Assembly: GCA_964529285.1 (NCBI GenBank)
Contig: CAZGWK010000004.1
Coordinates: forward strand, 25,868-77,679
Direction: 5' to 3'
DNA length: 51,812 bases
From: an uncultured Actinomycetota bacterium
GTDB lineage: Bacteria > Actinomycetota > Geothermincolia > Geothermincolales > RBG-13-55-18
This document shows, piece by piece, positions 31,197-41,169 of this stretch (position 1 is the stretch's first letter; the number at the start of each line of letters is the position of its first letter). A model generated the notes under the pieces. That model was not told the DNA's origin, searched no databases, and saw only the letters and a list, made by a program, of their open reading frames with translations. Both the position numbers and the translations under genes were made by a program.

Positions 31197-31225
31197 TTGA
31201 CACCCCACAAATGCACGGATATAAT
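31197..31225 (+). promoter_or_regulatory. Consensus sigma70 promoter of the rpmH operon
   Basis: Perfect TTGACA-N17-TATAAT. Confidence 0.9.
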
Positions 31226-31251
31226 TTTCATGTTTTTTTGGAGGTAAAAAC

Positions 31252-31386
31252 ATGAAAAGAACATATCAACCGAATACCAGAAAAAGGAAGAAGAACCACG
31301 GCTTCCGCAAGAGGATGAGCACAAGGTCCGGAAGGGCTATTATAAAGAGGAGGAGGCAAAAGGGCAGGAAGAGGTTGAGTGCCTGA
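31252..31386 (+). CDS. rpmH: 50S ribosomal protein L34
   Basis: Below the ORF-track cutoff. It translates to [44 protein letters not shown] and has a GGAGG SD. Confidence 0.98.
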   Translation: MKRTYQPNTRKRKKNHGFRKRMSTRSGRAIIKRRRQKGRKRLSA

Positions 31387-31393
31387 AAGCCCC

Positions 31394-31714
31394 ATGGAAT
31401 CCCTGAAGAAAAGCCGCGACTTCAAGAGGGTTATAGAGAACGGCTACAGGGAAAATATGGAAACACTCGCCATCTACAGGCTCCCCAACCAGGCAGGACA
31501 GACCCGCGTCGGAATCTCCGTTAACAGAAAAGCGGGCGGGAGCGTAACGCGAAACCTCATCAAGAGAAGGATCAGGGAAGCCATCAGAAGGAACGCCATA
31601 TCTTTGCCTGCAGGCGAAGATATGGTCATCGTGGGCAGGCGCGGCATAAAAAACGCGAGCTACGATGATATAGAGCGGGACATAAAAAAGGCGGGCGGGG
31701 GCAACAAACATTGA
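31394..31714 (+). CDS. rnpA: Ribonuclease P protein component
   Basis: [10 protein letters not shown] and [25 protein letters not shown] (RNR-type motif); follows rpmH. Confidence 0.95.
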   Translation: MESLKKSRDFKRVIENGYRENMETLAIYRLPNQAGQTRVGISVNRKAGGSVTRNLIKRRIREAIRRNAISLPAGEDMVIVGRRGIKNASYDDIERDIKKAGGGNKH

Positions 31715-31950
31715 AAACGGCGTTGCTGAAGGTCGCGCAGCAGGCGATAAAGACAGCGGTAAGGGCGTATCAGATACTGATATCCAGCTGGCTGCCGCCG
31801 ACATGCCGTTTTTATCCCAGCTGCTCGCAGTATATGATCCAGGCCGTGGAGAGGTTCGGGCCGGTAAAAGGGTTGTGGATGGGATTGCGAAGGCTGGCGA
31901 GGTGTCACCCCTGGAACGAAGGCGGGTATGACCCTCTACCGGAGGGATAG
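31711..31950 (+). CDS. yidD: Membrane protein insertion efficiency factor YidD
   Basis: Motifs [10 protein letters not shown] and [15 protein letters not shown]. Confidence 0.95.
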   Translation: MKTALLKVAQQAIKTAVRAYQILISSWLPPTCRFYPSCSQYMIQAVERFGPVKGLWMGLRRLARCHPWNEGGYDPLPEG

Positions 31951-31955
31951 GCTGC

Positions 31956-32999
31956 ATGAATGTATTTATAGACATATGGAACGGAATAGTGGCGGGGCTG
32001 AACTACCTGCTGCAGGCGTTCTATGGCTTCACGGGAAACTACGGCGTTGCGATCATCCTGTTAACGGTGCTGATAAAAATGGTTTTGCTTCCCCTCACAA
32101 TCAAACAGACGCGCTCCATGATCGCCATGCAGAAGATACAGCCGGAAATAAAAAAACTGCAGGAGAAATACAAGGACGACAAGGAAAAGCTGTCACAGGA
32201 GATGATGAAGTTCTACAAGGAGAACAAGGTCAATCCCCTGGGCGGATGCCTGCCCCTGATCCTGCAGCTCCCGGTGTTCTTCGCCCTTTTCACGGTGTTG
32301 AGAAAATACCTGCTGACGCCGCCGGTCATCATTATTGGTAATACTTTCCAGGTAATTCAGAACCTGCCGCAGGAAACGGCGGCGGCCCTGAACAACATAC
32401 CATTCTTTAAGTCCGCATCATTCTTATGGATAGATAACCTGGCTGACTCCACGCGTATAGCCGACCCCTACTTTATCCTTATAGCCCTGCTGGCCCTGAC
32501 GACATGGTACTCGCAGAAACAAGTCATGACGGATCCCAGGCAGAAGAACATGATGATAATAATGCCGATAATAACGGCGTTCATAAGCTGGAGCCTGCCC
32601 GCGGGTGTCGTATTGTACTGGTTGACCACGAACGCGCTGCAGATAGGACAGCAGTTCGCCATGGAATATTATGATAAGAAGCACCCCAAGGAAGTGCCGA
32701 AAACCAAGGCGGAGAAGAAGGCCGCAGCAGAAAAGGAGAAGACGCCCGTAAAAGGAAAAAGCCAAGCGGCGAAGAGCGGCGCGCCCGCAAAAGGACAGGG
32801 CAAGGCCGGCGCAGGCAAAGCCAAGAAGGAAAGCGATGCGACCCAAAAGGACAAGCCGGCGGGCACGCCTAAGCAAAAAGATACAACTCCAAAAGGAGGA
32901 AAACAGGGGCAACAGGCAAGAAAGCCCAAGGGCCCCCCTCCACAGCAGAAAAAGCCGCAGAAGGGCTCTGGAGGCAAGGGCGGAGCGAGGAAGAGATAG
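31956..32999 (+). CDS. yidC: YidC/Oxa1 membrane protein insertase
   Basis: Motifs YGVAIILLTV, IQPEIKKLQEKYK, NPLGGCLP and LPAGVVLYW, with a long Lys-rich tail. Confidence 0.96.
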   Translation: MNVFIDIWNGIVAGLNYLLQAFYGFTGNYGVAIILLTVLIKMVLLPLTIKQTRSMIAMQKIQPEIKKLQEKYKDDKEKLSQEMMKFYKENKVNPLGGCLPLILQLPVFFALFTVLRKYLLTPPVIIIGNTFQVIQNLPQETAAALNNIPFFKSASFLWIDNLADSTRIADPYFILIALLALTTWYSQKQVMTDPRQKNMMIIMPIITAFISWSLPAGVVLYWLTTNALQIGQQFAMEYYDKKHPKEVPKTKAEKKAAAEKEKTPVKGKSQAAKSGAPAKGQGKAGAGKAKKESDATQKDKPAGTPKQKDTTPKGGKQGQQARKPKGPPPQQKKPQKGSGGKGGARKR

Positions 33000-33016
33000 C
33001 AGAAGGAGAAACCGCG

Positions 33017-33472
33017 ATGGAAACGGTTGAAAGGTCAGTGACCCCCAAGAGCGTGGTGGTGGATATCGTAAACCTCATGAACCTCAGAACGAGGGTAACC
33101 AGCTGGGAGGACGAAGAGGAGATACACGTAGATGTATGGGGCGAGGACTTGGGGATCCTGATAGGAAGGGGCGGGTCGACGCTGCAGGCCTTGCAGGATA
33201 TCGTGACAACGATCGTAAGAAGGAGCCTTCCCGAGGCCAGGAGAATAGTCGTAGACGTGGAGAGATATAGGGAAAGGCGCCGGCAGAAGCTGCGGGAATA
33301 TGCGGAGAGGATGGCGGACAAGGCGCTGGCTACGAGGAAACCCATAAAGCTGGAGCCCATGACACCGCGAGAAAGAAAGATAGTACATGATGCACTGAAG
33401 GATATGGCAGGGGTAGAGAGCAAGAGCGAGGGGGAAGACCCGCAAAGAAGGATCGTGATAACCCCCGCATAG
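33017..33472 (+). CDS. jag: Jag/KhpB RNA-binding protein (KH + R3H, no Jag_N)
   Basis: LIGRGGSTLQALQ (KH) and PMTPRERKIVH (R3H). Confidence 0.93.
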   Translation: METVERSVTPKSVVVDIVNLMNLRTRVTSWEDEEEIHVDVWGEDLGILIGRGGSTLQALQDIVTTIVRRSLPEARRIVVDVERYRERRRQKLREYAERMADKALATRKPIKLEPMTPRERKIVHDALKDMAGVESKSEGEDPQRRIVITPA

Positions 33473-33488
33473 GAAGTATATTGATTAG

Positions 33489-33520
33489 ATTACCTGCGTT
33501 TCACGTGAAACGCAGGTAAT
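33489..33520. promoter_or_regulatory. parS site inside a 32-bp perfect palindrome
   Basis: ATTACCTGC-GTTTCACGTGAAAC-GCAGGTAAT. Confidence 0.9.
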
Positions 33521-34440
33521 TTTTCATAAAGGGTGCACAGCATGATGACCGCATATGATGCGGAAATGCAGCCCTAAACCCTGGCAACCAGGACAATTTG
33601 AGGACGATCTCTCCATTCGGATTAAAAGGCCCCGGTTTTACATAATCCACCCTCAAGGCAGCAATAAGTCTTAAGACAACTCATCTCCTTCGCAAGAAAC
33701 GTAGCGATATCCACACAGTGAGCAATGACTTCACTGATTCGGGCGAGTTTTTTGCGATCATGAGCCTTTTGCATAAACCAACCGTCACGTTGGGGTCGTG
33801 TCTGCGAACCTTGGTTTTGAATACAAAAAAACGCTTATCCTGGCCTTTCGAAAGAACGGGAGATGAAAAAACGGGAGATCGCAGACACTACCCTGTTCCG
33901 ATAACGAACTAGCGAGAAAAGGGGTTTTGTGCGATAGGCTCTCACGCCGCTTTTGCTGCGAAAATTGCGTTTAAAAGAACGGAATGACTGACTTTAAGCA
34001 ATGCGCGATTGTACTCCTGCCAAATGTCATTATGAACGCAATTATCGCAATAAAGCGCAAGGGCGCCCTTAAAGACTCAGCCGTTACTATAGGTACAGGT
34101 TTTGCCATTAGAGAACGAGTGGGTGAATATGGCAGTAAGGCATGAGATATCAAATGGCAATAGGGGCTTTGACGGTTGTATTTATCAAGGATACACATGA
34201 TTCCAATCCACAGGGCGATTTATTCGCAAACACAATCGTGTTCAGGATGGAATAATAAAAACATAGAACAGAAGCAGCATGGTAAAAATCCTTGCATGAG
34301 TTGAGTGAGGATTTGGGTGATGACAAAAAGAATTGCGTAAACTGTGAGGAATCAAGAAAAAGGTTGCAGCGTGAAGGCTTGAGGGAGATCTTAAACGCAA
34401 AGATATTGGAAAAGATGGCGATGTAAAGAATTGCGAAAAG

Positions 34441-34456
34441 TGTTTCACGTGAAACA
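34441..34456. promoter_or_regulatory. parS site
   Basis: TGTTTCACGTGAAACA, exact consensus. Confidence 0.95.
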
Positions 34457-34538
34457 AAAGGGAAGAATTACAGAGGCGATTGATATTAGAAAAAGCAATC
34501 TACACGGAGAAATGCGGTCGAGCTACAGAGAAAGAGTG

Positions 34539-34554
34539 TGTTTCACGTGAAACA
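34539..34554. promoter_or_regulatory. parS site
   Basis: TGTTTCACGTGAAACA, exact consensus. Confidence 0.95.
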
Positions 34555-34683
34555 AAAGCATAGAAACGTGTTGTTTGAGCAGTTCGGGTAAAATAAAAAA
34601 GGAAAGTATGGAAATAGAAAGAAAATTAGAACATAGTTATGAAAAGAAGAATACGTAAAACGATAAGTAGTCGAGGCCAGTGA

Positions 34684-35370
34684 TTGAAAAAAAATAACAT
34701 GAGAGAGAAGATAAAGACGGCCGTCGAGCGCGCAGCGGGAAGGATGGATATAGAGGGCTGGGAGAATAACCTCGAAAAGGCGATTAATTACGTAGAGGAG
34801 CTGCAGAAATGGAATAAGGCCTATAATCTTGTTGGAAGAAGGATAGGGATAGAGGGTATTCTCGATCTGTACGTTGACGCATTAACGCCTTTATCGGTAC
34901 GTGGCCTATTTGATGGAAGAAAGGAGGTGCTTGACGCAGGAAGCGGGGCTGGAATGCCTGGAATACCGCTATATCTCATGGTTGGTCCATTCCCGCTCAC
35001 TTTAGTTGAATCACAAAGAAAAAAAATCACGTTTCTCAGACACGTGTGCCGCGTGCTCGCACTGGATGATGTAGCCGTTTATCCGGGAAGATTAGAGGAA
35101 ATTGCCCGAGATGAAGACCATCTCAGCGCATATGATGTGGGATTAGCCAGGGCCGTCATGGAACCACTGCGCTTGTCGAGAACCATAAAGCCGCTGCTTT
35201 GCAAGGACGGCAGGACGGTTATTTTCGTAGGCAAGAAGGACGCGGAACGGATAAAGAGGTCAAGCTTGGATCTGACAGAAAAGGGTATGCAACTAGAAGC
35301 CATAAGGTCTATGCAGCGCATTGTTGGAAAAGAGAATTACTTGGCGGTATTAAGAAAGACTGGACGCTGA
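34684..35370 (+). CDS. rsmG: 16S rRNA m7G527 methyltransferase
   Basis: Motifs KWNKAYNLV, LDAGSGAGMPGIPL, VESQRKKITFL and ARAV; upstream of parAB. Confidence 0.93.
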   Translation: MKKNNMREKIKTAVERAAGRMDIEGWENNLEKAINYVEELQKWNKAYNLVGRRIGIEGILDLYVDALTPLSVRGLFDGRKEVLDAGSGAGMPGIPLYLMVGPFPLTLVESQRKKITFLRHVCRVLALDDVAVYPGRLEEIARDEDHLSAYDVGLARAVMEPLRLSRTIKPLLCKDGRTVIFVGKKDAERIKRSSLDLTEKGMQLEAIRSMQRIVGKENYLAVLRKTGR

Positions 35371-35434
35371 CTCTGTGGCGAAAACCTGGCGGCATAATAG
35401 CTGCCACGAGAGGCTAGTCGCGAGGTGAGGATCT

Positions 35435-36331
35435 ATGGAAGTTGAGAACAAGGATTTTGAAGAGGGGCTGGAAACGGAGAGCGCATCCACTGCAACGGAA
35501 GAGGCAGGCAGGGGGTTTGTGGATGAAAAATACCGCAGGGACGAGGAAGATGAGCAGGACGCGTCGAATGTGGGGAGGATAGTTGCAATCGCGAACCAGA
35601 AGGGCGGTGTGGGCAAGAGCACGACAGCGATAAACCTTGGTGCGTATCTGGCCGTGGAGGGCAAGCGGGTTCTGGTCGTTGACCTCGATCCGCAGAGCAA
35701 CTCAACAAGCGGTTTGGGTATAAGCCAGCAGGCAGACGGACATCAGATATACGATGTCCTCGTAAACGAAGTTCCCCTAGAGGACATAATAGTCCATACT
35801 TCAACTGAGGGCTTAGACTTGGCGCCTTCGTCGCTCAGGCTGGCGGGAGCTGAAGTCGAGCTGGTGTCGGTCTTCTCGCGAGAGGGGAGGCTCGCCAAGA
35901 GCATCGAGCCTATCAAGGCGGAGTATGAAATAATCCTGGTTGACTGCCCGCCCTCGCTGGGCCTCCTGACCGTTAATGCGCTAGCGGCAGCCGATGAGGT
36001 TCTGATACCTATACAGTGTGAGTACTATGCGTTGGAAGGCCTGGTGCTTCTGCTGAGGACCATAGAGAAGATACGCGTCTATCTCAACCCGAACCTGCGC
36101 ATAGGCGGCATATTATTAACGATGCACGATGCGCGTACAAACATCTCCAAGCAGGTGATGGACGAGGTAAGAAAACAGTATCCCAACGAGACGTTCTTCA
36201 CCGTTATTCCTCGTAACGTGCGCTTGAGCGAGGCGCCGAGCTACGGCCAGCCAATATCGCAATACGATCCGCTCTCGCGTGGCGCGAAGGCATATCAGAG
36301 TTTAGCGAAGGAAGTGATATCAAATGGCTAA
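35435..36331 (+). CDS. parA: Chromosome partition ATPase ParA/Soj
   Basis: Motifs [35 protein letters not shown] and [14 protein letters not shown]. Alternative GTG start at 35569. Confidence 0.96.
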   Translation: MEVENKDFEEGLETESASTATEEAGRGFVDEKYRRDEEDEQDASNVGRIVAIANQKGGVGKSTTAINLGAYLAVEGKRVLVVDLDPQSNSTSGLGISQQADGHQIYDVLVNEVPLEDIIVHTSTEGLDLAPSSLRLAGAEVELVSVFSREGRLAKSIEPIKAEYEIILVDCPPSLGLLTVNALAAADEVLIPIQCEYYALEGLVLLLRTIEKIRVYLNPNLRIGGILLTMHDARTNISKQVMDEVRKQYPNETFFTVIPRNVRLSEAPSYGQPISQYDPLSRGAKAYQSLAKEVISNG

Positions 36332-37178
36332 GAAGGGTTTGGGTAAGGGGCTTGGCGCCCTCATTACCTCAAGCGCTGCCGCAGAGCAGCCGAGACACGA
36401 GATGATCCCGGTCGACAGCATCTCGCCTAATCCCCTGCAGCCCAGGAGAAGGTTTAACGAAGAGAGCCTCGAAGAGCTGGCCGAATCTATGAAAGAACAT
36501 GGCCTGGTGCAGCCTATAATCGTAAGGCCTGCGGGCACCGGTTATGAGATTCTAGTCGGCGAGCGCAGGTGGAGGGCGGCCCAGATAGCGGGGGCAACGG
36601 CTATACCTGCCGTTATTAGAGATGCAGAGACATCGGAATGTCTTCAGATCGCATTGGTTGAGAACCTCCATCGAGACGATCTCAACGGCATAGAAGAAGC
36701 CACGGCCTTCAGGCAACTCATGGAGGACTTTGGCCTCTCCCAGGACGAAATTTCCCAGAAAGTGGGAAAGAGCCGCTCGGCGGTGGCCAACGCCCTCCGG
36801 TTACTTCAACTTCCAGTAGAGGTTCAGGCAGCGGTCGTGGCCGAGGAGATCACCCCCGGCCACGCCCGCGCCCTTCTCGCCCTGCAAGGCGACCCATATC
36901 AGGCTATACTTCTGCAGCGCATTATCGAGGAGGATCTCTCGGTGCGCCAGGCCGAGGAGATCGCGAGGAGGCGATTGGGCGGGGCTGAAGAGCCGGCTCG
37001 CAAGGAGAAACCACAGTCACTGGGTGAATATGAAGACCTGATATCTGCCGGCCTGCGCGCAAAGGTGCGCGTCATCCAGGGAAAGCGCAAGGGAAAGATC
37101 ATAATCGAGTTCAAGGGGGAGAAAGAGCTGCAGCGGCTCATGTCGGATATGGGAATAGCTGCGCAGGAAGAAGGTTGA
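36324..37178 (+). CDS. parB: Chromosome partition protein ParB/Spo0J
   Basis: Motifs [34 protein letters not shown] and the [17 protein letters not shown]. Confidence 0.97.
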   Translation: MAKKGLGKGLGALITSSAAAEQPRHEMIPVDSISPNPLQPRRRFNEESLEELAESMKEHGLVQPIIVRPAGTGYEILVGERRWRAAQIAGATAIPAVIRDAETSECLQIALVENLHRDDLNGIEEATAFRQLMEDFGLSQDEISQKVGKSRSAVANALRLLQLPVEVQAAVVAEEITPGHARALLALQGDPYQAILLQRIIEEDLSVRQAEEIARRRLGGAEEPARKEKPQSLGEYEDLISAGLRAKVRVIQGKRKGKIIIEFKGEKELQRLMSDMGIAAQEEG

Positions 37179-37386
37179 TTGGTATGCATTTCCACATTCT
37201 CGTCGGGCAGAAGCTTCCCGGTGGCCAGGGTCGCGCACACTAGGTCTGATCCCCATCTCCTTGCGCAGCCATCTGGCCTCAGGGAGATGCGCCGCGTTGC
37301 CGTATGTACGGCCTCGAGCGGGTGAGAAGCGAAAAACGCCCTCGGCCGCTGAGGTTATCCGCCCCCCGCAAGCGACCGCGAACCGC

Positions 37387-38349
37387 TCAGGCGTATTTCT
37401 CCATGGCAAGACCGACCAGATGCCGCACCAGCTCGTCGAACCCCATCCCCGCCACCTCCGCCGCCATGGGCAGGAGGCTCGTCTCGGTCATGCCCGGGCT
37501 GATGTTCAGCTCCAGGACCTGTGGGGTGATCGACTCGTCGATGATAACATCTACCCGCGATACGTTCAGGCAGCCGAGAGCGCGATGGGTGCGCAGGGCT
37601 ATCTCCGTTACCCGTCCTGATACGTCGGTCTCAAGCCGTGCCGGGCAGTAGTATTCGGTGAGCCCGGGGGTATAGCGCGAATCAAAGTCGAAGAAGCCGC
37701 TGCGCGGGACGGTCTCAACCAGCGGCAGTGCGCGCAGCTCTTCGTTTCCCAGGATGCTTACCGCGACCTCGGTGCCTTTTACATATTTTTCCAGAAGGAC
37801 GCGGTCGTCGTAATGCAGGGCGGTGCGTACGGCTTCCGGGAGTTCATCCTGACTGGCAGCCATCTTGATTCCCAGCGCTGAACCCTGGGCTACCGGCTTG
37901 ACCACCAGGGGAAAACCGAGCTTCTCTCCCACCGCGGCAAGAGCGTGCACGGCACCCATTTCCTGAAACGTTGCTTCGCTCAAGACGAAGAAGGGGGGCG
38001 TGGGAATGCCTTCGCGGCGGAATATCTCCTTGGACAGGGCTTTGTTGAACCCGATAGTGCTGGAGAAGACCCCCGGCCCCGTATAGGGAACGTCGAGTAT
38101 CTCGAGCAGTTCCTGCACCGTTCCATCCTCGCCGAACTTACCGTGCAGCGCGATATAAACCAGGTCGGGCCGCTCGCTTTTAAGGGTGGGAACGAGGTTT
38201 ACGTCCACGTCCAGGTCCAGTACCTCGTGGCCGAGCTCGGCGAGGGCGCGGGAAACCCTGCGGCCGGAACGAAGGGAGACGTCGCGCTCCAGGGACCTCC
38301 CTCCCATCAAAACGCCAATGCGCATACCGTTCAACCCCCTACTGCTCAT
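37387..38349 (-). CDS. ddl: D-alanine--D-alanine ligase
   Basis: Motifs GGRSLERDVSLRSG, LHGKFGEDG, VVKPVAQGSALG and ELNISPGMTETSLLP. Confidence 0.94.
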   Translation of the reverse strand: MSSRGLNGMRIGVLMGGRSLERDVSLRSGRRVSRALAELGHEVLDLDVDVNLVPTLKSERPDLVYIALHGKFGEDGTVQELLEILDVPYTGPGVFSSTIGFNKALSKEIFRREGIPTPPFFVLSEATFQEMGAVHALAAVGEKLGFPLVVKPVAQGSALGIKMAASQDELPEAVRTALHYDDRVLLEKYVKGTEVAVSILGNEELRALPLVETVPRSGFFDFDSRYTPGLTEYYCPARLETDVSGRVTEIALRTHRALGCLNVSRVDVIIDESITPQVLELNISPGMTETSLLPMAAEVAGMGFDELVRHLVGLAMEKYA

Positions 38350-39622
38350 CGTGAGACGGCCCGTCGTCCAGGTCGGGAACCTTGAAGCCCAGCGCCCGGG
38401 CGAGAGAGACCTCCCGCTTTATTACCTTGGAGAGCCTCCTGATGCCCTCTTGGACCGTCTCCACTTCCGAATAACTGAAATTGAGTCGCATGCAGCTCTC
38501 CCCCCCTTCGTAAGGGAAGAAGCCGTTCCCGGGAACATAGGCGACCTTGGCGTCTATGGCTGCTGCCAGCATCTCCGACGTCTTGATAAACGCGGGAAGG
38601 GTCGCCCACACGAAAAGACCGCCCTGGGGGTGCGTCCACTCGGCGATGCCCGAAAGATGCTCCTCCAGGGCGCCGATCATGGCGTCGCGCCTGCCGCGGT
38701 AGTACTCCACGAGCTGCCTGACCTGCCCCCTCCAATCCTCTTGCGTGAAATAGCTTTGAGCGACCATCTGGGTGAAGCTGGAGGTACAGAGGTCCGCCGA
38801 TTGCTTGGCGAGCAGCAGCTTGTCGAGTATGGGATGCGGGGCCGCTATCCACCCGATGCGCATACCCGCGGAGAAGATTTTCGACAGGGTCCCCAGGTAG
38901 ATGACGCGGCTTTCGTCCAGGCTGCGCAAGGTGGGCAAAGGCGCTCCTTCGAAGCGGAGCATCCCGTAGGGATTATCCTCCACCACCAGGCAGTCGTATT
39001 TGTTCGCCAGCTCGAGCAATGCGAAGCGCCGTTCCGCGCACAGGGTTATACCTGCCGGATTCTGGAAATTCGGAATGGTGTAGATGAACTTTGCGCGCCG
39101 GCCTTCGTCGGCCAGCCCCTTTAACGCCTCGTCGAGCCCCTCGATGACGATGCCGTCCTCGTCCATGGGAACGGTATGGACATTCGGCTGATAGCTGAGA
39201 AAGCTGCTGAGGGCGCCTACGTAACTGGGCGCCTCGGTGACGATGTGATCGCCGGGGTTTATAAAGATCTTGGAGATCACCTCCAGGCCCTGTTGCGCGC
39301 CGTGGGTGATTATTATGTCCTCCGGGAAGCAGGGCGTTCCCTCCTCCCGCATTACCTCGCACAGGCTGTGTTTAAGCGGCGCGTAGCCGTCGGTGGGGCC
39401 ATACTGCAGTGCCGCGGCGTGATCCTCCGCAAGCACCCTGTTCACGACCCTCATGATGATCTCGGGGTCGAAGGCCTGGGTATATGGCAGCCCGCCCGCC
39501 AGGGATATGATATCCGGCCGAGCCGTGACCGCGAGCAGATCGCGGATCTCCGAGGAGAGCATGCTCGAGGTGCGTTGTGCGTATTGTTCGCTGAAGGGAT
39601 CAAGGGTAAACCTCGGGGACAT
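38339..39622 (-). CDS. PLP-dependent class I/II aminotransferase
   Basis: Motifs ISLAGGLP, ALQYGPT, PNFQNPAG, EDNPY and GTLSKIFSAGMRIGW (PLP Lys). Confidence 0.93.
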   Translation of the reverse strand: MSPRFTLDPFSEQYAQRTSSMLSSEIRDLLAVTARPDIISLAGGLPYTQAFDPEIIMRVVNRVLAEDHAAALQYGPTDGYAPLKHSLCEVMREEGTPCFPEDIIITHGAQQGLEVISKIFINPGDHIVTEAPSYVGALSSFLSYQPNVHTVPMDEDGIVIEGLDEALKGLADEGRRAKFIYTIPNFQNPAGITLCAERRFALLELANKYDCLVVEDNPYGMLRFEGAPLPTLRSLDESRVIYLGTLSKIFSAGMRIGWIAAPHPILDKLLLAKQSADLCTSSFTQMVAQSYFTQEDWRGQVRQLVEYYRGRRDAMIGALEEHLSGIAEWTHPQGGLFVWATLPAFIKTSEMLAAAIDAKVAYVPGNGFFPYEGGESCMRLNFSYSEVETVQEGIRRLSKVIKREVSLARALGFKVPDLDDGPSHDEQ

Positions 39623-39741
39623 GCCAAAACACCTCTTCGATACGGGAAGCCCCAACTCTTCTATTATATATATGAAAAGTAGTATAAAGCATTGCAGGAA
39701 ACCGGCATAGTTGGGGGAACCCGAAAAGCGGGGGAAGCGGT

Positions 39742-39768
39742 TAAGAAACGCCCTGGCAGGGTCGATAA
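39742..39768 (+). promoter_or_regulatory. Sigma28 (FliA/SigD/WhiG)-like promoter upstream of cheR
   Basis: TAAG-N15-GTCGATAA versus the consensus TAAA-N15/16-GCCGATAA. Confidence 0.5.
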
Positions 39769-39960
39769 CTGCAGTGCGGGAGGCGGGTAACCTTGCATTG
39801 AGGCTTAAGCGTGCCGATGTGGGCGGACAAAGGAATATAGGGACAACAGCGCAGCAAGCCGCGGTGGCCCGGAGGCTGTCCGCGGGATTCTTGTGTTTAG
39901 GGAATCGCGATGAAGGTTCTTCTCCCGCAAGCGCAGGTGAACGGGTAATGAGAATCGCAG

Positions 39961-40830
39961 ATGCGTGGTGAAGAGATGAACGGCAGTGGCCTTCGCGATG
40001 TTTCGGTGGACGGGGGCAGCAGCGAAGTGGGGCTGGACCTGCTTCTGCGCCTGCTGCACGGCGAGATCGGGTTGAACCTTAAGCAGTACAAGCCGAACTA
40101 TCTTAAGAGGCGTATCGGGGTACGCATGAGGGCTACCGGCTGCAACGATTACATGCAGTACCGCGGCTACGTCAAGCAGCACCCGGAAGAAGGCGGGCTC
40201 CTTATAAACGATCTGACCATAAACGTCACCGAGTTCTTTCGCGACCAGGACGTTTACGAGGCGATCCGCAAGCAGGTGATCCCTCAAGTGGTGCAACACA
40301 AGAAGGAGTGCCGCATCAACAGCCTGCGGGCCTGGAGCGCCGGGTGCGCTACCGGAGAGGAGCCCTATTCCCTGGCCATCCTGTTCCTCGATGCGTTGAG
40401 CGGGGAGAGGGAGAAGGACTCGTGGGCGCTGCGCATCACCGCCACCGATCTCGACGACAAGGCCCTCGCAAAAGCCAGGGAGGGCAGGTACGAGACGGTA
40501 AAGGTCATGCCCGGACTGACTCTCGAGGACTTTTTCTTGCGCACGGAAGACGGCTACGAGGTGAGGGAGGAGGTAAAGAGGCCGGTAAGGTTTATGCTCA
40601 TGGATATCATGCAGAACCCGCCCCTGCGCCGCCTGGACCTCATCCTCTGCCGCAACGTGCTTATCTATTTCGAGAGGGAAAAGCAGCACTATATATTGGA
40701 TGTTTTTCAGCGTTGCCTGCGTCCGGGGGGATTCCTGGTGCTGGGCAAGAGCGAGGCGATTATCGGCACGGGCGACGGCGTGCTTGTACCGCACAGCAGA
40801 AGGGAAAGGGTGTATCGCAAGGAAGGGTAG
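39961..40830 (+). CDS. cheR: Chemotaxis methyltransferase CheR
   Basis: Motifs TINVTEFFRD, WSAGCATGEEPYS, ATDLD, LCRNVLIYF and LGKSE. Confidence 0.96.
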   Translation: MRGEEMNGSGLRDVSVDGGSSEVGLDLLLRLLHGEIGLNLKQYKPNYLKRRIGVRMRATGCNDYMQYRGYVKQHPEEGGLLINDLTINVTEFFRDQDVYEAIRKQVIPQVVQHKKECRINSLRAWSAGCATGEEPYSLAILFLDALSGEREKDSWALRITATDLDDKALAKAREGRYETVKVMPGLTLEDFFLRTEDGYEVREEVKRPVRFMLMDIMQNPPLRRLDLILCRNVLIYFEREKQHYILDVFQRCLRPGGFLVLGKSEAIIGTGDGVLVPHSRRERVYRKEG

Positions 40831-41042
40831 TTGTATTGATGAGTCGCCGCGCCGGGCCTGGGGCGGGAACGTGGTGAATGCAGCCCGCTAAGCATGCAAG
40901 GGAGGCGGGGTACGGCAAAGGCCGTTCAGCAGATGAGCGGTGCAGTCGAAACAATAATGGGAGCGCAGCCGTTGTCCGGCTTTTTTCCGGGCCGATTTGC
41001 AGGCGGAATGGCACGGGGGAAGGGAGAACGGCCTGCCGGGGA

Positions 41043-41070
41043 TAAAAATACTATGAAATAGTGCCGAAAA
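41043..41070 (+). promoter_or_regulatory. Sigma28-like promoter upstream of the MCP/che operon
   Basis: TAAA-N16-GCCGAAAA, about 100 bp before the MCP start. Confidence 0.55.
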
Positions 41071-41169
41071 CCTGAAGGAGGCGTTTCCTTGCTCCGGCAA
41101 TACGCACGTAACACACCGGGGACTGCCGCCCCGCGCGGGCGGCGGTTTGGAGAGGTGGAGGGATAAGCT

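Noticed and set aside
33718-34457. Short ORFs in the jag-rsmG gap, including one starting MFHVKH
   Set aside because: No SD or motifs; MFHVKH is simply the translated parS palindrome.
40831-41169. c-di-GMP riboswitch upstream of the MCP
   Set aside because: GGCAAA is present, but the GNRA-capped P2 stem and the GACGCAAAG/P3 elements are not.
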